64,000 nucleotides of DNA from an uncultured Bacteroidales bacterium (GCA_963831855.1 CAWHSA010000002.1:635656-699655), one strand, 5' to 3'; shown: positions 27,178 to 39,172, counted from the stretch's first letter. Made by a program: numbers and translations. Notes: generated by a model not told the origin, from the letters alone.

Positions 27178-29295
27178 TTATTTCTTATGTTTTGATTTTT
27201 TTTCGGATTTTACCGGTTCATCTGCCCCTGAAGATATCTGATCCTCCTTTATTTCATTTTTTTTCTTCTTTTCTGGTTTGACCTTGCCATTATCTTCAAC
27301 GGGAGCACCATTAATTTTACCGTTATTTGAAGCGGCCTCTCTGGCCTCTTTCTTTATGTCGGCGATCCTTTTTCCGAATATCCTTTCAAGGTCCTCGCTG
27401 AAAATGACTTCTTTCTCAAGAAGCAATTCAGCAAGTTCAGTCAAACCTTTCATGTGGCCATTCAGAACCTCTTTGGCTCTCACATATGATTCCTCAATTA
27501 TCTGCTTGACTTCCTTGTCAATGATTTCGGCTGTCTTTTCACTGTATGGTTTTGTAAAGCCGAAATCAGACTGTCCTGAAGAATCATAAAAACTGACATT
27601 CCCGACTTTATCGCTCATACCGAAGAATGCCACCATTGCGTATGCCTGTTTTGTAATCTTCTCCAGGTCGCTAAGTGCTCCTGTTGATATCTTTCCGAAT
27701 ACAAGCTCTTCTGAAGCTCGTCCGCCAAGAGCATAAGCCATTTCATCAAGCAATTGCTCGCGGGTAGTGATCTGTCTCTCTTCAGGAAGGTACCATGCAG
27801 CACCAAGAGCTCTTCCACGTGGAATGATCGTCACTTTAAGAAGCGGGCTCGCATACTCAAGAAGCCAGCTCACGGTCGCATGGCCAGCCTCATGGTATGC
27901 AATTGTTTTTTTCTCCTCAATAGAAATAATCTTATTCTTTCGTTCAAGGCCGCCCACTATCCTGTCTACTGCATCCAGGAAATCCTGCTTTTCCACTACT
28001 ACTTTATTATTTCTGGCGGCAATCAGAGCTGCCTCGTTACAGACATTGGCGATATCGGCGCCTGAAAAACCCGGAGTGTTTTTTGCAAGAAAGGAGACAT
28101 TAAAATCTTTTTCAAGCTTTATTGGCCGGAGATGTACTTTAAAAATAGCTTCCCTTTCAACAATATCAGGCAGTTCGACGTGTATCTGGCGGTCAAAACG
28201 ACCCGCCCTCAGCAATGCCCTGTCGAGAATGTCGGCCCGGTTGGTTGCAGCAAGGATGATCACTCCCATATTTGTTCCAAATCCGTCCATCTCTGTAAGA
28301 AGCTGATTCAATGTATTTTCACGTTCATCATTTGAACCAAAATTAACATTCCTTCCCCTGGCTCTTCCCACAGCATCTATCTCGTCAATAAAAACGATAC
28401 AGGGAGCTTTCTCCTTTGCCTGCTTGAAAAGATCCCTTACCCTGGAAGCTCCGACACCAACGAACATTTCAACAAAATCAGATCCCGAGATGGAAAAGAA
28501 GGGTACGTTTGCCTCGCCGGCAACAGCTTTTGCCAGCATGGTCTTTCCCGTTCCGGGAGGACCGATAAGCAAAGCTCCCTTAGGTATCTTGCCTCCCAGC
28601 TGAGTGTACTTTTTAGGATTCTTAAGAAAATCGACTATTTCCATCACTTCTGTCTTGGCTTCTTCAAGACCGGCAACATCGTTGAAGTTTAGTTTTATAT
28701 TGGTATCCTTATCGAAGATCTGGGCTTTTGATTTTCCCACACTGAATATTCCGCCAGCGCCACCAGCACCGCCTCCCGCCATCCGCCGCATGAGAAATAT
28801 CCATGCAATTATAAGGATTGCCGGCAGCAACAGCCAGGAAAGTATTTCTGTAAAATAGTTCGTTCTCTTTTCATGATCAGGATAGATCATCTCTTTCTCG
28901 GTATAGCCTGAATTCTTCTGAACATCTTCAAGGAATGTCTCAAAATTGCTTATATCCCCGATGTTGTATGTAAAATTAGGAGGTGGCATTTTCAATCCCA
29001 GACCGCCGCCCGGCTTTGGAAGGTTGGGATATCTGCCTGATCCGACAGCATCTTTTGTAAGATAGATCTCGGCTACCTCTTTATTTATAACCACTATTTT
29101 TTCTATATCATGGTTGGCAATCATATCCTTTATCATGCTGGTGGTTGCTTTCTGGGTGGGCTTATTGGTGAAAACCACCTCAAAAAGGATGACCGACAGC
29201 GCCAGAATCGCAAAAATCCAGTTACTGTTAAACCGCGGTTTGGTATTTTTCCCATTCTTCTTTTCGGAAGATGTATTATTTAAATTGTCTGCCAT
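27178..29295 (-). CDS. ftsH: ATP-dependent zinc metalloprotease FtsH
   Basis: Two N-terminal TM helices, AAA+ Walker A GPPGTGKT, Walker [13 protein letters not shown] region, zinc motif HEAGHA. Confidence 0.98.
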   Translation of the reverse strand: MADNLNNTSSEKKNGKNTKPRFNSNWIFAILALSVILFEVVFTNKPTQKATTSMIKDMIANHDIEKIVVINKEVAEIYLTKDAVGSGRYPNLPKPGGGLGLKMPPPNFTYNIGDISNFETFLEDVQKNSGYTEKEMIYPDHEKRTNYFTEILSWLLLPAILIIAWIFLMRRMAGGGAGGAGGIFSVGKSKAQIFDKDTNIKLNFNDVAGLEEAKTEVMEIVDFLKNPKKYTQLGGKIPKGALLIGPPGTGKTMLAKAVAGEANVPFFSISGSDFVEMFVGVGASRVRDLFKQAKEKAPCIVFIDEIDAVGRARGRNVNFGSNDERENTLNQLLTEMDGFGTNMGVIILAATNRADILDRALLRAGRFDRQIHVELPDIVEREAIFKVHLRPIKLEKDFNVSFLAKNTPGFSGADIANVCNEAALIAARNNKVVVEKQDFLDAVDRIVGGLERKNKIISIEEKKTIAYHEAGHATVSWLLEYASPLLKVTIIPRGRALGAAWYLPEERQITTREQLLDEMAYALGGRASEELVFGKISTGALSDLEKITKQAYAMVAFFGMSDKVGNVSFYDSSGQSDFGFTKPYSEKTAEIIDKEVKQIIEESYVRAKEVLNGHMKGLTELAELLLEKEVIFSEDLERIFGKRIADIKKEAREAASNNGKINGAPVEDNGKVKPEKKKKNEIKEDQISSGADEPVKSEKKSKHKK

Positions 29296-29305
29296 AAATA
29301 ATCAC

Positions 29306-29683
29306 TTACTTAATTTTATCTTTCATTACCTCAATAGCTGCGTCAGCCCATAATGATTCAAGACTGTAGAAATTCCTGTATTCCTCGAGGAAAATATGAA
29401 CCACAACATTGCCATAATCGAGCAACACCCAGAATTTATTTTCAAGACCCTCAATATGGGAGGGCTTCTCTCCGGATTCTTTCCTTACAATGTCTTCAAC
29501 CGAGTCGCATAAAGAATCAACCTGTGTTATCGAAGTGCCATGACATATAACAAAATAATCTGCAATCCTGTTTTCCAGGTTCCGTAAATCGACTTTCAGG
29601 ACATTATGCCCTTTCTTTTCAAATATTCCCCTGGCAATGTTATTTAAAAGAATTTCAGCACCGTCAGATCTTTTCTTCATCAA
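29306..29683 (-). CDS. rsfS: Ribosome silencing factor RsfS
   Basis: 125 aa with the ADYFVICHGTS...V and WVLLDYGNVVVHIF motifs of the RsfS/YbeB family. Located upstream of ftsH. Confidence 0.88.
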   Translation of the reverse strand: MMKKRSDGAEILLNNIARGIFEKKGHNVLKVDLRNLENRIADYFVICHGTSITQVDSLCDSVEDIVRKESGEKPSHIEGLENKFWVLLDYGNVVVHIFLEEYRNFYSLESLWADAAIEVMKDKIK

Positions 29684-29833
29684 TAATTATCAATTTGATA
29701 TCGACCCGCAAAAGTACAACTTTTATCTGTATTTTTGGCACAGAATACCATTTTTACTGATAAGGGCTAATTTATTGATCCCACGCATTTTAAGTTAAAT
29801 GGCCGGACCTTAAATGGCTGAAATGAAAATTAT

Positions 29834-30574
29834 ATGATCATAGGATCTGACATTCTTTATTATACAAACCTGCCATCGACAAATACAGAGGCCTCCCTGC
29901 TTCTTAAGAAAGGTGATCCGGCAGAGGGTACAGTTATTTACACTGATTTTCAGACAGCCGGTAAAGGCCAGCCAGGCAACAGGTGGGAGAGTGAAAAAGG
30001 CAAAAACCTGCTGCTGAGCATAATACTATATCCCATATCAGTGCTTCCTGAAGAGCAGTTTGTGATTTCAATGATGGTTTCACTGGGGCTTTGCGACCTT
30101 CTTGATTATTATATAAATGAAAGTAAAATTAAGTGGCCCAACGATATTTACTCCGGCTCCGGAAAGATAGCCGGTATCCTTATTGAGAATACCATTACCG
30201 GCGGGAATATAGGAAGTACCATCGTCGGAACAGGATTGAATGTCAACCAGACAGATTTTCCGGATAATATCCCGAATCCGGTATCTGTTAAAATGATAAC
30301 CGGAATAGACACCGACAGGGATAAACTAAGGCAACAGCTTCTTGCCGCCCTTGATAAAAGATACAAACAGCTTCTTTATGGCGACAGGGAGAATCTCAGG
30401 GATGAGTATATTTCACGTCTCTACAGGGTTGGCGAGTGGCATAACTTCAAATCCGGTAATGATACTTTCTCCGGAAAGATAGCCGGTGTTACCGGTTCCG
30501 GAAAATTAAGGATTGAGAAAAGAAACGGGAACATCCTGGATTTTGCTTTCAGGGAAATTGATTACCTGATTTAG
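29834..30574 (+). CDS. birA: Biotin--[acetyl-CoA-carboxylase] ligase (group I, no HTH)
   Basis: QTAGKGQPGNRWES (GRGRxGRxW-type biotin loop) and KWPNDIY...KIAGILIE. At 246 aa there is no room for an N-terminal repressor domain. Confidence 0.88.
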   Translation: MIIGSDILYYTNLPSTNTEASLLLKKGDPAEGTVIYTDFQTAGKGQPGNRWESEKGKNLLLSIILYPISVLPEEQFVISMMVSLGLCDLLDYYINESKIKWPNDIYSGSGKIAGILIENTITGGNIGSTIVGTGLNVNQTDFPDNIPNPVSVKMITGIDTDRDKLRQQLLAALDKRYKQLLYGDRENLRDEYISRLYRVGEWHNFKSGNDTFSGKIAGVTGSGKLRIEKRNGNILDFAFREIDYLI

Positions 30575-30578
30575 TTTT

Positions 30579-30995
30579 TTACCAGTCTCTGAAATTTTCC
30601 ATTTCAGAAATCAGCGTATCAAGAAATTTCCTGGCCGGTTCAGCAGCAACCATTTTAAGCATTGGATTCAATCTGGCCGCAAGTGTTACCTTTACTTCAC
30701 TCTCAGAGTTTCCCTTATCGCCAATATTAAGAGTCAGGGAATATTCATTACTCCCAAAGACATTACCTGAATAAAGAACCTGGCTGAGGGGTGTCTTTTG
30801 GGTTATTCTTGCCGTCACAGTCCCGAGCATTCCTGCCTGAAAACTACCTGAATCGGATCCGAGATCAATTTTATTTATGGTATTGCCGGAAATAAAACGT
30901 TTGAAATTTCTGAGATCCGTGACAAAATTATAAACTTTCTCAGCGCTGAATCCGAGCTTTCCTGTCCGGCTTTCAAAATGCGTTAAATCATCCAT
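30579..30995 (-). CDS. Hypothetical protein (SRPBCC/START-like fold suspected)
   Basis: 138-aa ORF with no clear motif. The size and the pattern ..AEKVYNFVTDLRNFKRF.. resemble the SRPBCC superfamily, but the assignment is weak. Confidence 0.35.
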   Translation of the reverse strand: MDDLTHFESRTGKLGFSAEKVYNFVTDLRNFKRFISGNTINKIDLGSDSGSFQAGMLGTVTARITQKTPLSQVLYSGNVFGSNEYSLTLNIGDKGNSESEVKVTLAARLNPMLKMVAAEPARKFLDTLISEMENFRDW

Positions 30996-31022
30996 AGACG
31001 TGTCAGATAAAACTAAATTGTT

Positions 31023-31670
31023 TTAAAGTTGACCGTTACCCCCTACCCAACCTGCCGGATCACTTCTCCATTTCTTCAGTGTCTCCACATCTGTTTTAGT
31101 TACATAACCAGAATTTACTGCAGTTTCTATAAGCGTAGTATAATTGCACAGCGTATCGAGCCTGCATTTTTCCGATGCGAATCCATCGGAAGCTTTTTTG
31201 AACTCATAGGTAAAGATCGCAACCATCCCGAGAACCTCGCATCCCGCCTCCTTCAGGGCTTTTACTGCGTTCAGGCTGCTTCCGCCGGTGGATATAAGAT
31301 CCTCAATAACAACCACTTTCTGACCTTTCTCATAATAACCTTCAATCTGGTTTCCCAGACCATGTTCCTTGGAGCCCGATCTTACATAAATAAATGGTAG
31401 TTCCAGCTTATCTGCTACAAGGGCTCCGTGTGATATTGCTCCGGTTGCCACTCCTGCAATCAGCCGGGCTTCGGGGTAAAGCTGCTTTATAAGCAATACG
31501 AATGAGTCCCGGATAAAAGATCTTACTTCCGGAAAAGACAGGGTTTTGCGGTTATCACAATAGATGGGCGATTTCCAGCCTGAAGCCCAGGTAAAAGGAT
31601 TTGACGGTTGCAATTTTATTGCTTTAATTTGTAAAAGATATTCTGCGATTTTTTTTGCGTTATTCTCCAT
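31023..31670 (-). CDS. pyrE: Orotate phosphoribosyltransferase
   Basis: PRPP-binding motif KVVVIEDLISTGGSS and the N-terminal ..LL.IKAIKLQPSNPFTWASGWKSPIYCDNR. Start taken at MENNAKK. Confidence 0.92.
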   Translation of the reverse strand: MENNAKKIAEYLLQIKAIKLQPSNPFTWASGWKSPIYCDNRKTLSFPEVRSFIRDSFVLLIKQLYPEARLIAGVATGAISHGALVADKLELPFIYVRSGSKEHGLGNQIEGYYEKGQKVVVIEDLISTGGSSLNAVKALKEAGCEVLGMVAIFTYEFKKASDGFASEKCRLDTLCNYTTLIETAVNSGYVTKTDVETLKKWRSDPAGWVGGNGQL

Positions 31671-31676
31671 TGCAAA

Positions 31677-32288
31677 ATGTATAAAGTTCATTTCGAAAAC
31701 AGATTCATCCTGATAAGCCCTGAACCCGACCGGTTACAAAAATACGGGTTATTTCATAAGTTTTACGATACTAAAGAACTTTACAGGATTATTGCTGATT
31801 TCCAGGCTGATCCTAAGATTTCCTCCATTAATATTTACGGACCCGATATAAAACATATCTGGAAGATATTCAGAATTTATTTCACAGAGGTAGGTGCTGC
31901 CGGCGGCCTGGTGAAACATCATTCAGGCAGATTCCTTTTTATCGAAAAGAAAGGGAAGCTCGATCTTCCGAAAGGTCACATCGAAGCCGGAGAAGAACCT
32001 GAAACCTGCGCACTGAGGGAGGTGCATGAAGAATGCGGGATAAGCGGGCACAAAATCGTCTATGCTCTTGAGCCAAGCTTCCATACCTATACCTGGGAAG
32101 GAATCTCCTATCTTAAAAAGACGAGCTGGTTCCTGATGAGCTATGACGGGGTCATGGTAACTGAACCACAGGTTAAGGAAGGTATTACAAAGGTGGAATG
32201 GCTTCTCCCTGACGACATTTGCAAAATTAAAAGCTCCGCATGGCTTTCACTCATGGATCTTATTAACCTTTCTATCTGCAGGACTTAA
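31677..32288 (+). CDS. NUDIX hydrolase
   Basis: Nudix box GHIEAGEEPETCALREVHEECGI (Gx5Ex7REUxEExGU). Confidence 0.85.
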   Translation: MYKVHFENRFILISPEPDRLQKYGLFHKFYDTKELYRIIADFQADPKISSINIYGPDIKHIWKIFRIYFTEVGAAGGLVKHHSGRFLFIEKKGKLDLPKGHIEAGEEPETCALREVHEECGISGHKIVYALEPSFHTYTWEGISYLKKTSWFLMSYDGVMVTEPQVKEGITKVEWLLPDDICKIKSSAWLSLMDLINLSICRT

Positions 32289-32767
32289 TCTTCATCCCCT
32301 TTATAATCCTTAAGATTTACTGCTGACGGGACAAACTTTGATGCATCACCTCCGCTTCGTATAATATCGCGGACTATAGTGGAGTTAATGGGGGTGTGTT
32401 CAGGAACCGTCAGAAGAAAGACAGAATCAATATCAGGAACCATTGCCCTGTTTACCTGTGCGATTGCCCTCTCAAACTCAAAGTCGGCTGCCGTCCGGAG
32501 ACCCCTGAGAATGTACCTTGCATTTTTATTCCTGCAGTAATCCACCGTAAGACCTTCATAATGATCAATTTTCACACGCGGTTCATCCCTGAAGACTTTC
32601 GAGATCATCTCCTTCCTGATATCAAGTGAATAGTAGCTTTTCTTCAGGGCATTTGCCCCGACCGCAATAATAATCTCGTCAAAGAGACTGAGTGCACGTC
32701 TGACAATTGCTTCGTGTCCGATAGTGAATGGATCGAATGATCCGGGGAAAACGGCTATTTTCTTCAT
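32285..32767 (-). CDS. coaD: Pantetheine-phosphate adenylyltransferase
   Basis: AVFPGSFDPFTIGH (HxGH-type nucleotidyltransferase motif) and ISSTIVR-like NSTIVRDI. The start overlaps the lon stop (ATGA). Confidence 0.93.
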   Translation of the reverse strand: MKKIAVFPGSFDPFTIGHEAIVRRALSLFDEIIIAVGANALKKSYYSLDIRKEMISKVFRDEPRVKIDHYEGLTVDYCRNKNARYILRGLRTAADFEFERAIAQVNRAMVPDIDSVFLLTVPEHTPINSTIVRDIIRSGGDASKFVPSAVNLKDYKGDED

Positions 32768-35250
32768 TCAAAAGATATTTGTTTTGGATTGGCGACTTTT
32801 TGTTTCAGCAGGGCGAGATCCAGCACACTCATGATCGTATCAACATAGTGGAATTTTAAACCGCTGATATAAATTTCCTTAATATCTTCCACATCCTTTT
32901 TATTTTCTTCCGATACAATGATCTCTTTAATTTTTGCCCGTTTTGCTGCAAGTATCTTTTCCTTAATGCCTCCTACAGGCAGGACTTTCCCCCTCAGCGT
33001 AATTTCACCTGTCATTGCCATATATTTTCTGACCTTTCTCTGGGTAAATGCAGAGGCAACAGAGGTTGCCATAGTAACTCCTGCAGAAGGGCCATCCTTA
33101 GGTATCGCTCCTTCAGGAACATGAATATGTATGTTCCATTTCTCCGAAAAATTGTCAGGCAGGTTCAGGACCGATGCATTTGCCTTCAGATATTCAAGCG
33201 CTATGACAGCTGATTCCTTCATGACTTCTCCCAGACTTCCGGTAAGGGTCAGCTTGCCGGTTCCGCGACTCAGGCTTGTTTCTACAAAAAGGATCTCTCC
33301 TCCGGAAGGAGTCCATGCGAGTCCTGTGACCACTCCGGCCTGATCGTTACCTGAGTAAATATCCCTGGTATATTTCGGCGGACCGAGGATTTCTCCAAGT
33401 AACTTCTCTGAAAGGACCGGATTATATTTTGTTTCTGAAGCAATGTTTTTTGCTGTTACTCTTACGATCTTGGCGAGCTTTTTATCAAGCTCCCTGACTC
33501 CGGACTCCCTTGTATACAGCTCAATCAGCTTTTCCATTATGTTGTTCCCGATGATCAGCTGTTTAGCGCTGACACCGTGATTTTCGAGCTGCTTGGGCAG
33601 AAGATGATATTTTGCAATTTCAATTTTTTCCTCAACAAGGTACCCGGTGATTTCGATTGTTTCCATCCTGTCGCGCAGGGCCGGACTGACTGTTGAAAGA
33701 GTATTTGCTGTGGCAATAAATAACACCTTTGAAAGATCATATTCCATTTCCAGGAAATTATCAAAAAAGGTGCTGTTCTGTTCCGGATCAAGTACTTCCA
33801 GAAGCGCAGATGACGGATCTCCCCTGAAATCCTGACCTACCTTATCGATCTCATCAAGGATGAAAACCGGATTTGAAGAACCTGCTCTTTTAATATTCTG
33901 AACTATGCGTCCGGGCATAGCGCCGATATAAGTTTTCCTGTGCCCTCTGATCTCTGCTTCATCATGAAGGCCTCCCAATGACATTCTGATATATTTTCTC
34001 CCGAGAGCCTTGGCGACTGATTTGCCAAGTGATGTTTTTCCCACGCCCGGAGGACCATAAAGGCATAGAATCGGGGATTTAAGGTCTCCTTTGAGTTTCA
34101 GGACAGCAAGGTGTTCCAGTATCCTTTCCTTGACATCCTCAAGGCCAAAATGATCATTATCAAGCACCTGCCTGGCATTCAGCAGGTCAAGGTTATCCTG
34201 GGTATATTCATTCCATGGCAGATCAAGCAGCGTCTGGATGTAATTTACCTGTACAGAATATTCGGCAGCGGCAGGATTAAGGCGACGGAGCTTCTCAAGC
34301 TCCCTGTCGAAAGTCTTTTTGACCTCTGCCGTCCATTTTTTTAAATCAGCCTTCTTCTGGTACTCCTCAATTTCTTTTTCAAGAGGATTACCCCCAAGCT
34401 CGTTCTGGATAGTTTTCATCTGCTGATGAAGAAGAAACTCCCGCTGCTGCTGATCGAGGTCGCTTTTGACTTTTGACTGCAATTCGTTTTTCAGCTCAAG
34501 AACCTGTATCTCCTGTACAAGAAATTCCAGAAGCATAAATCCCCGGTCACGTACACTGTTGATCTCCAATAGTTTCTGCTTGTCCTGAACCTTTATATCG
34601 GTGTTGGAGCAGATAAAGTTTATAAGGTAGGTGTTATTCTCAATATTCTTAATTGCAAATGATGCTTCGGGACTTATGTTGGGATTGATCTTTATGATCT
34701 TAAGGGACAGGTCCTTCAGCGAACCGACAATTGCATCGAAATCCTTGCTTCTGGCTTCCGGTTTTCTTTCAGGGATAGGTTTTACCTTTGCAATAAAATA
34801 CGGATCATCTGATACCAGTTCGCTAAGTATCATCCTTTTACGGCCCTGGATAATCGCAGTTGTCGAACCATCCGGCATTTCCAGAAGCTTTACTATCTGA
34901 CCGATTGTGCCTACGGAGTGAAGATCTCCATATCCGGGATTTTCGATTTCCGGATCTTTCTGTGCGACGGTCCCGACAATTTTGTCATTCCTGTAGGCAT
35001 CTTTGATCAGCTGTATGGAACGGGGTCTTCCTATCGAGATAGGCAGAACTACCCCCGGAAAAAGAACAGTGTTCCTGAGAGAAAGTATGGGAATTGCATC
35101 GGGGATATCAACATCCTCAAGCTCACCATCATCACCATCGGCAATGATTGGAATTATGTCACCTTCCCCGTTTACCACATCCGGGAATAATATCTCTTTA
35201 ACGGCCCTTCTGAATTTTTTTTCCATCGCATTCCATGTTTCCCTCACCAT
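32764..35250 (-). CDS. lon: ATP-dependent Lon protease
   Basis: LON N-domain, AAA+ Walker [10 protein letters not shown], Walker B FILDEIDK, and a proteolytic domain with [10 protein letters not shown] (catalytic Ser). Confidence 0.98.
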   Translation of the reverse strand: MVRETWNAMEKKFRRAVKEILFPDVVNGEGDIIPIIADGDDGELEDVDIPDAIPILSLRNTVLFPGVVLPISIGRPRSIQLIKDAYRNDKIVGTVAQKDPEIENPGYGDLHSVGTIGQIVKLLEMPDGSTTAIIQGRKRMILSELVSDDPYFIAKVKPIPERKPEARSKDFDAIVGSLKDLSLKIIKINPNISPEASFAIKNIENNTYLINFICSNTDIKVQDKQKLLEINSVRDRGFMLLEFLVQEIQVLELKNELQSKVKSDLDQQQREFLLHQQMKTIQNELGGNPLEKEIEEYQKKADLKKWTAEVKKTFDRELEKLRRLNPAAAEYSVQVNYIQTLLDLPWNEYTQDNLDLLNARQVLDNDHFGLEDVKERILEHLAVLKLKGDLKSPILCLYGPPGVGKTSLGKSVAKALGRKYIRMSLGGLHDEAEIRGHRKTYIGAMPGRIVQNIKRAGSSNPVFILDEIDKVGQDFRGDPSSALLEVLDPEQNSTFFDNFLEMEYDLSKVLFIATANTLSTVSPALRDRMETIEITGYLVEEKIEIAKYHLLPKQLENHGVSAKQLIIGNNIMEKLIELYTRESGVRELDKKLAKIVRVTAKNIASETKYNPVLSEKLLGEILGPPKYTRDIYSGNDQAGVVTGLAWTPSGGEILFVETSLSRGTGKLTLTGSLGEVMKESAVIALEYLKANASVLNLPDNFSEKWNIHIHVPEGAIPKDGPSAGVTMATSVASAFTQRKVRKYMAMTGEITLRGKVLPVGGIKEKILAAKRAKIKEIIVSEENKKDVEDIKEIYISGLKFHYVDTIMSVLDLALLKQKVANPKQISFE

Positions 35251-35486
35251 ATGACCTCATCCACTGAACCTTCCATACTCATGCCGGGTTAATCTGATCC
35301 CGGCTTCATAAAAAGGCGGAAAATTGTACCTGTCGTTCTTCTTTATCACTGGCAGGAAAGTGTCAAAATTACAGATAATTTTTATAATTTATATTGGATG
35401 CAGATGCTGCAATCATTGTGCCAGAGAAAAATCCCGGGAAGAGTTCAGCAATATAATCACCCCGGAGCTGATAAATAATAAAAATT

Positions 35487-37430
35487 TTACCTGAGAATAA
35501 ATTTAGCATTTGTATCCCCGCCTGTATTCTCCATCAGGTATGCAATATGTGCCTTCCCTTTCCATCCTTCAGGAGATAATTCCTTCAGATTCATATCAAA
35601 CCCTGAAAAGTCATTCACGGCTACAGACATATCCGGATTCTTTTTTGTACCCCATGGGAAAATTGATACCCGTTTTTTCCCGTTCAGGTCGATCCCGTTC
35701 ACCGGCCCATGAAACAGAACTGATTTAACAAATGAGCCATTGACTTCATAGTCGATCCTGATCCCCAGAAGCGAGTTCTTATCAACTTTTTTCAGCGTAC
35801 CACCTGTAACGACTTTTACTTTAATTACGTCCGGAAGCCTGTCAGCAACTACTCCAACCTCCTGGTCGGCAAGAGTTTCGCCGTTCATGCCCAGTCGAGC
35901 TATCCAGGTCTTGCGGTCAAAATCCGAATAAGAAGCAGTCCCTCTCTGAGGGTAATAATGGTTGACTTTAAGCACTTCTGCTACCTTAACAGGAAAAAGT
36001 TCTGAGAGACCTGACCTGTCTTTGGCTTCAATGTATATCACCCCCATTTCGGGTATGATATGGTCAAGCCAGGCCCAGTCCTTCATTACAACGTTTTCTA
36101 TAGTCTCAACAGGGATCAGGTTTTCCTCTCCTCCGTCACCGAAACTTGCATGGAGTGTGTCGATCCTGAAAATACTTATATCGCCGCGTTCAAACGGAAC
36201 ATTCTGAAAATGTACATCTATTCTTCTGCGGTATGGATCATGGTTCCAGATGACCATAGCAGCATTATGTTCGTCAGAGGAAGCCATAGCTTCAATCGGG
36301 CCTATACTTGTTACCATCTTCCTGTCGACAGGCATGTTCCCGTAGATCTTCCAGGCATTGAATACAGCTTTGCGATGCCCGTCCCTGTCGATGAGTCCCA
36401 TGCATGTTGCCCTTGACCGGGCCGGATCCATATACCAGGCCCAGCTTACTGCAGTAAGTTCCGGTCTCGAAAGGAGGATTCTGAAGTCGTGAAGTATCTG
36501 CGCAGCTCCCGCATAGGTGCTCCTGACGTCGTCATTCCTGCACCATGGTTCAATCAGGTCGGCTGAATGCCATTCGTCCATTACCATTGCTGTAGTGTTG
36601 AAATGAGGAAAGCGGTTCAGGCTGGCGGCAACCTTATCAATTGAATTAAGGGCAAGCTCACCACTTCCATAATGATGGAATGTAAAGAGGTCCATCGGAA
36701 GATTTTCCTTCGCAACATATTCAGGGAATGAACGATGCCATACCAGCTCAGGTGCCGAAGCTGGTCCTGCGATTGTCGCATCAGGATTTACCGAAAGAAT
36801 AGCCTCAACAGCATTTTTATAGATCTGCTGGTATTCTTCAGGTGTTCCGGAATAGAACGAGTAAAGACCATCAGCTTCATTCCATATTTCATCCACCCCG
36901 AATGGTATTCCCAGGTCATAGTAATGCTTTGCTACGTTGGTGATTATCTCCTTCCATTTTGGCATGGAATTGGGAGCTTTTGAATCCCGGTTTCTGGTAA
37001 TGGCGGGATCCTGAAGCGGGAGCGGGCAATAGCTGTAGGCTCCGTGCAGGAGGACATCACACCGTTTAAGCTCAGTTACCATATGATCAAGATTATCATA
37101 ATTATAGACTATGCTATCGGTAGTCCCCGATATCATATTATGAAGGCCGAAGCCGCTGAACCGTCTTCCCCACCCGAGCTCTATCCGGTATGTCTCAATG
37201 TTAAGCTCGCGGATCAGGTCGATATTTTTATCGAACTGGGCCATAGTAGGGCCAACCGGATCGTAAACATTAAATTTGGTCTTAACAAGCGGACACCCGT
37301 AGTCAACTGAAAAATCTGCATACACCTCATTCAGTATCAGCCGCGGCAACTGCGCGGCTGCCTGATTATTGAATAGGATCATTCCTGAAATCATCAGGAA
37401 CATACAACCAACGCAAGAGTGGATTTTCAT
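35487..37430 (-). CDS. Secreted glycoside hydrolase, clan GH-A-like TIM barrel with C-terminal beta-sandwich
   Basis: Signal peptide (..NNQAAA|QLP). Candidate acid/base motif DEIWNEADG and candidate nucleophile VMDEWHS. The family cannot be assigned by eye. Confidence 0.5.
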   Translation of the reverse strand: MKIHSCVGCMFLMISGMILFNNQAAAQLPRLILNEVYADFSVDYGCPLVKTKFNVYDPVGPTMAQFDKNIDLIRELNIETYRIELGWGRRFSGFGLHNMISGTTDSIVYNYDNLDHMVTELKRCDVLLHGAYSYCPLPLQDPAITRNRDSKAPNSMPKWKEIITNVAKHYYDLGIPFGVDEIWNEADGLYSFYSGTPEEYQQIYKNAVEAILSVNPDATIAGPASAPELVWHRSFPEYVAKENLPMDLFTFHHYGSGELALNSIDKVAASLNRFPHFNTTAMVMDEWHSADLIEPWCRNDDVRSTYAGAAQILHDFRILLSRPELTAVSWAWYMDPARSRATCMGLIDRDGHRKAVFNAWKIYGNMPVDRKMVTSIGPIEAMASSDEHNAAMVIWNHDPYRRRIDVHFQNVPFERGDISIFRIDTLHASFGDGGEENLIPVETIENVVMKDWAWLDHIIPEMGVIYIEAKDRSGLSELFPVKVAEVLKVNHYYPQRGTASYSDFDRKTWIARLGMNGETLADQEVGVVADRLPDVIKVKVVTGGTLKKVDKNSLLGIRIDYEVNGSFVKSVLFHGPVNGIDLNGKKRVSIFPWGTKKNPDMSVAVNDFSGFDMNLKELSPEGWKGKAHIAYLMENTGGDTNAKFILR

Positions 37431-37583
37431 AATTCTTTAAATGTATTTTTTACACTTATTTTTACAGTCCGGCATCCGGTTCAGATTCAGTTCAGAAGAT
37501 AACCGGATGTTCAAATGTATGTTTTAATCCTGATATTCCAAAAAAAAAGAGCACTTATGCGCCCTTTCAGAATACCAAAGATA

Positions 37584-37847
37584 TTATTTTTTCTTTCCTA
37601 AATGATCCTTGTACCGGTTCATGAATTTATCAACCCTGCCGGCGGTATCCACGAGCTTCATCTTGCCGGTGTAGAAAGGGTGTGACGTATTGGATATTTC
37701 GAGTTTTATCAGCGGATATTCCTTACCATCCTCCCACTTGATATTTTCTTTCGACGGAGCGGTTGACTTACCCAGGAAAGCATAGCCATTTGACATATCC
37801 TGAAAGACAACAAACCTGTAATTCTCCGGATGTATTCCCTGTTTCAT
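37584..37847 (-). CDS. rpmE2: 50S ribosomal protein L31 type B
   Basis: [10 protein letters not shown]... N-terminus, 87 aa, no CxxC zinc motif, HPFYTGK block. Confidence 0.93.
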   Translation of the reverse strand: MKQGIHPENYRFVVFQDMSNGYAFLGKSTAPSKENIKWEDGKEYPLIKLEISNTSHPFYTGKMKLVDTAGRVDKFMNRYKDHLGKKK

Positions 37848-37945
37848 CTTTGCAATATTTTAATTTCTTTCTGTAAGTAAAAAGCCCCTTTTCAGGGAAT
37901 GCAAAGGTAATGAACAATATTAAATGTACAAAAAGAATTTAAAAT

Positions 37946-39172
37946 TTATTGATTTCGTCCTGCTGATTCTTCCTTAATTTTCTGTTTTTCAGCCATTTCA
38001 TCTTTAAACCTGGTAAATTTCAGTTTATCATTAATCAGGTATCTGAAGGTAATATGAGTTTTAACTCTGACCGCGCCGAGGGATTCATATGTTGCAATCA
38101 TTTTAGGATTATAGTCGCCCACCCATCCTATCTCAAGTTCTTTAAACCATGGTTTCCTTTCGAATGCCTGATAGAACTTGTAGAACATAGCAGCTTCGAC
38201 ACCTGTATTCTGATGGGAATGAAGGACCCCTCCTACAATGGATCTTACTCTGGTCATTTCATGGGTGATCCTGTAGTAAAAGAACCTGATTGCATTCAAA
38301 AAATGCAGGTTCCCGTTAAAATGTCTTAGTATCTGGTTAAGGTCAGGGATCAGAATAAAGAATCCTATTGGTTTATCATTATAATAAGCAAACCAGATAA
38401 GCTCTTCATCGAGCACTGATTTAAGTTTCTTAAGCGCTTCATGAAGAATTTCCGGCCGGAGCGGAGTAAAATCCTCTTTAAGGTATGTCCATGTAACATT
38501 ATATATCGTACAGATGTCATTAATAAATCCGGACCTGTTCCTGTATTCAAAATGACGGAATGCATATCCAGGTCTTTTTGTCAGCCATTCCGATACCTTC
38601 ATAACCCTTTCAGGGAAATTCACAATCCTGTTAGCGGAATCCCTTATAGCCCTGTGACATGTATATTGTTCAAAATAATTCCGGAACCCATAAGATTCAA
38701 AGAATTTCCTGTAATACATTTTATTATAAGGCATACCAAAACCCTGGGTCATAAATCCATCCACCAGCAGACCCCAGTCGTTATAGTTTTCTCCAAAGTT
38801 TACTGGGCCGTCCATAGCTTCCATACCCCGGGAAGCAAGCCAGGATTTAGCAGTGTCGAAAAGTGTAAATGCAGCATCCTGATCCTCAATTACTTCAAAA
38901 AAACCCAGACCTCCGGTGGGTTGCCGGCTGGCTGATGATCTGATACGGTCAATAAAGGCAGCAACCCTTCCTATTGTCACATTCTTGTCATTCCGCAGGA
39001 TCCAGCGAATTGCTTCACCGTTTCTGAAATTATGGTTCCTTAAAGGGTTAAATACATCTTCAACAGCTGAATCAATGGGGCAAACCCAATAAGGATCTGA
39101 TTTATACAACCTTTTTGGAAAATTGTGGAATTCTTTTCTTTCGGCAGAAGATATGACCTCGATTATATTCAT
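37946..39172 (-). CDS. Conserved hypothetical protein (GNAT-like acyltransferase fold suspected)
   Basis: About 408 aa starting MNIIEV..ERKEFHNFPKRLYKSDPYWVCP. I cannot verify a catalytic motif, so the function is unassigned. Confidence 0.3.
   Translation of the reverse strand: MNIIEVISSAERKEFHNFPKRLYKSDPYWVCPIDSAVEDVFNPLRNHNFRNGEAIRWILRNDKNVTIGRVAAFIDRIRSSASRQPTGGLGFFEVIEDQDAAFTLFDTAKSWLASRGMEAMDGPVNFGENYNDWGLLVDGFMTQGFGMPYNKMYYRKFFESYGFRNYFEQYTCHRAIRDSANRIVNFPERVMKVSEWLTKRPGYAFRHFEYRNRSGFINDICTIYNVTWTYLKEDFTPLRPEILHEALKKLKSVLDEELIWFAYYNDKPIGFFILIPDLNQILRHFNGNLHFLNAIRFFYYRITHEMTRVRSIVGGVLHSHQNTGVEAAMFYKFYQAFERKPWFKELEIGWVGDYNPKMIATYESLGAVRVKTHITFRYLINDKLKFTRFKDEMAEKQKIKEESAGRNQ

Noticed and set aside
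29730-29760. A perfect TGGCAC hexamer (-24-like) upstream of birA.
   Set aside because: The -12 position reads ACCA instead of TTGC, so it is unlikely to be a sigma-54 promoter.
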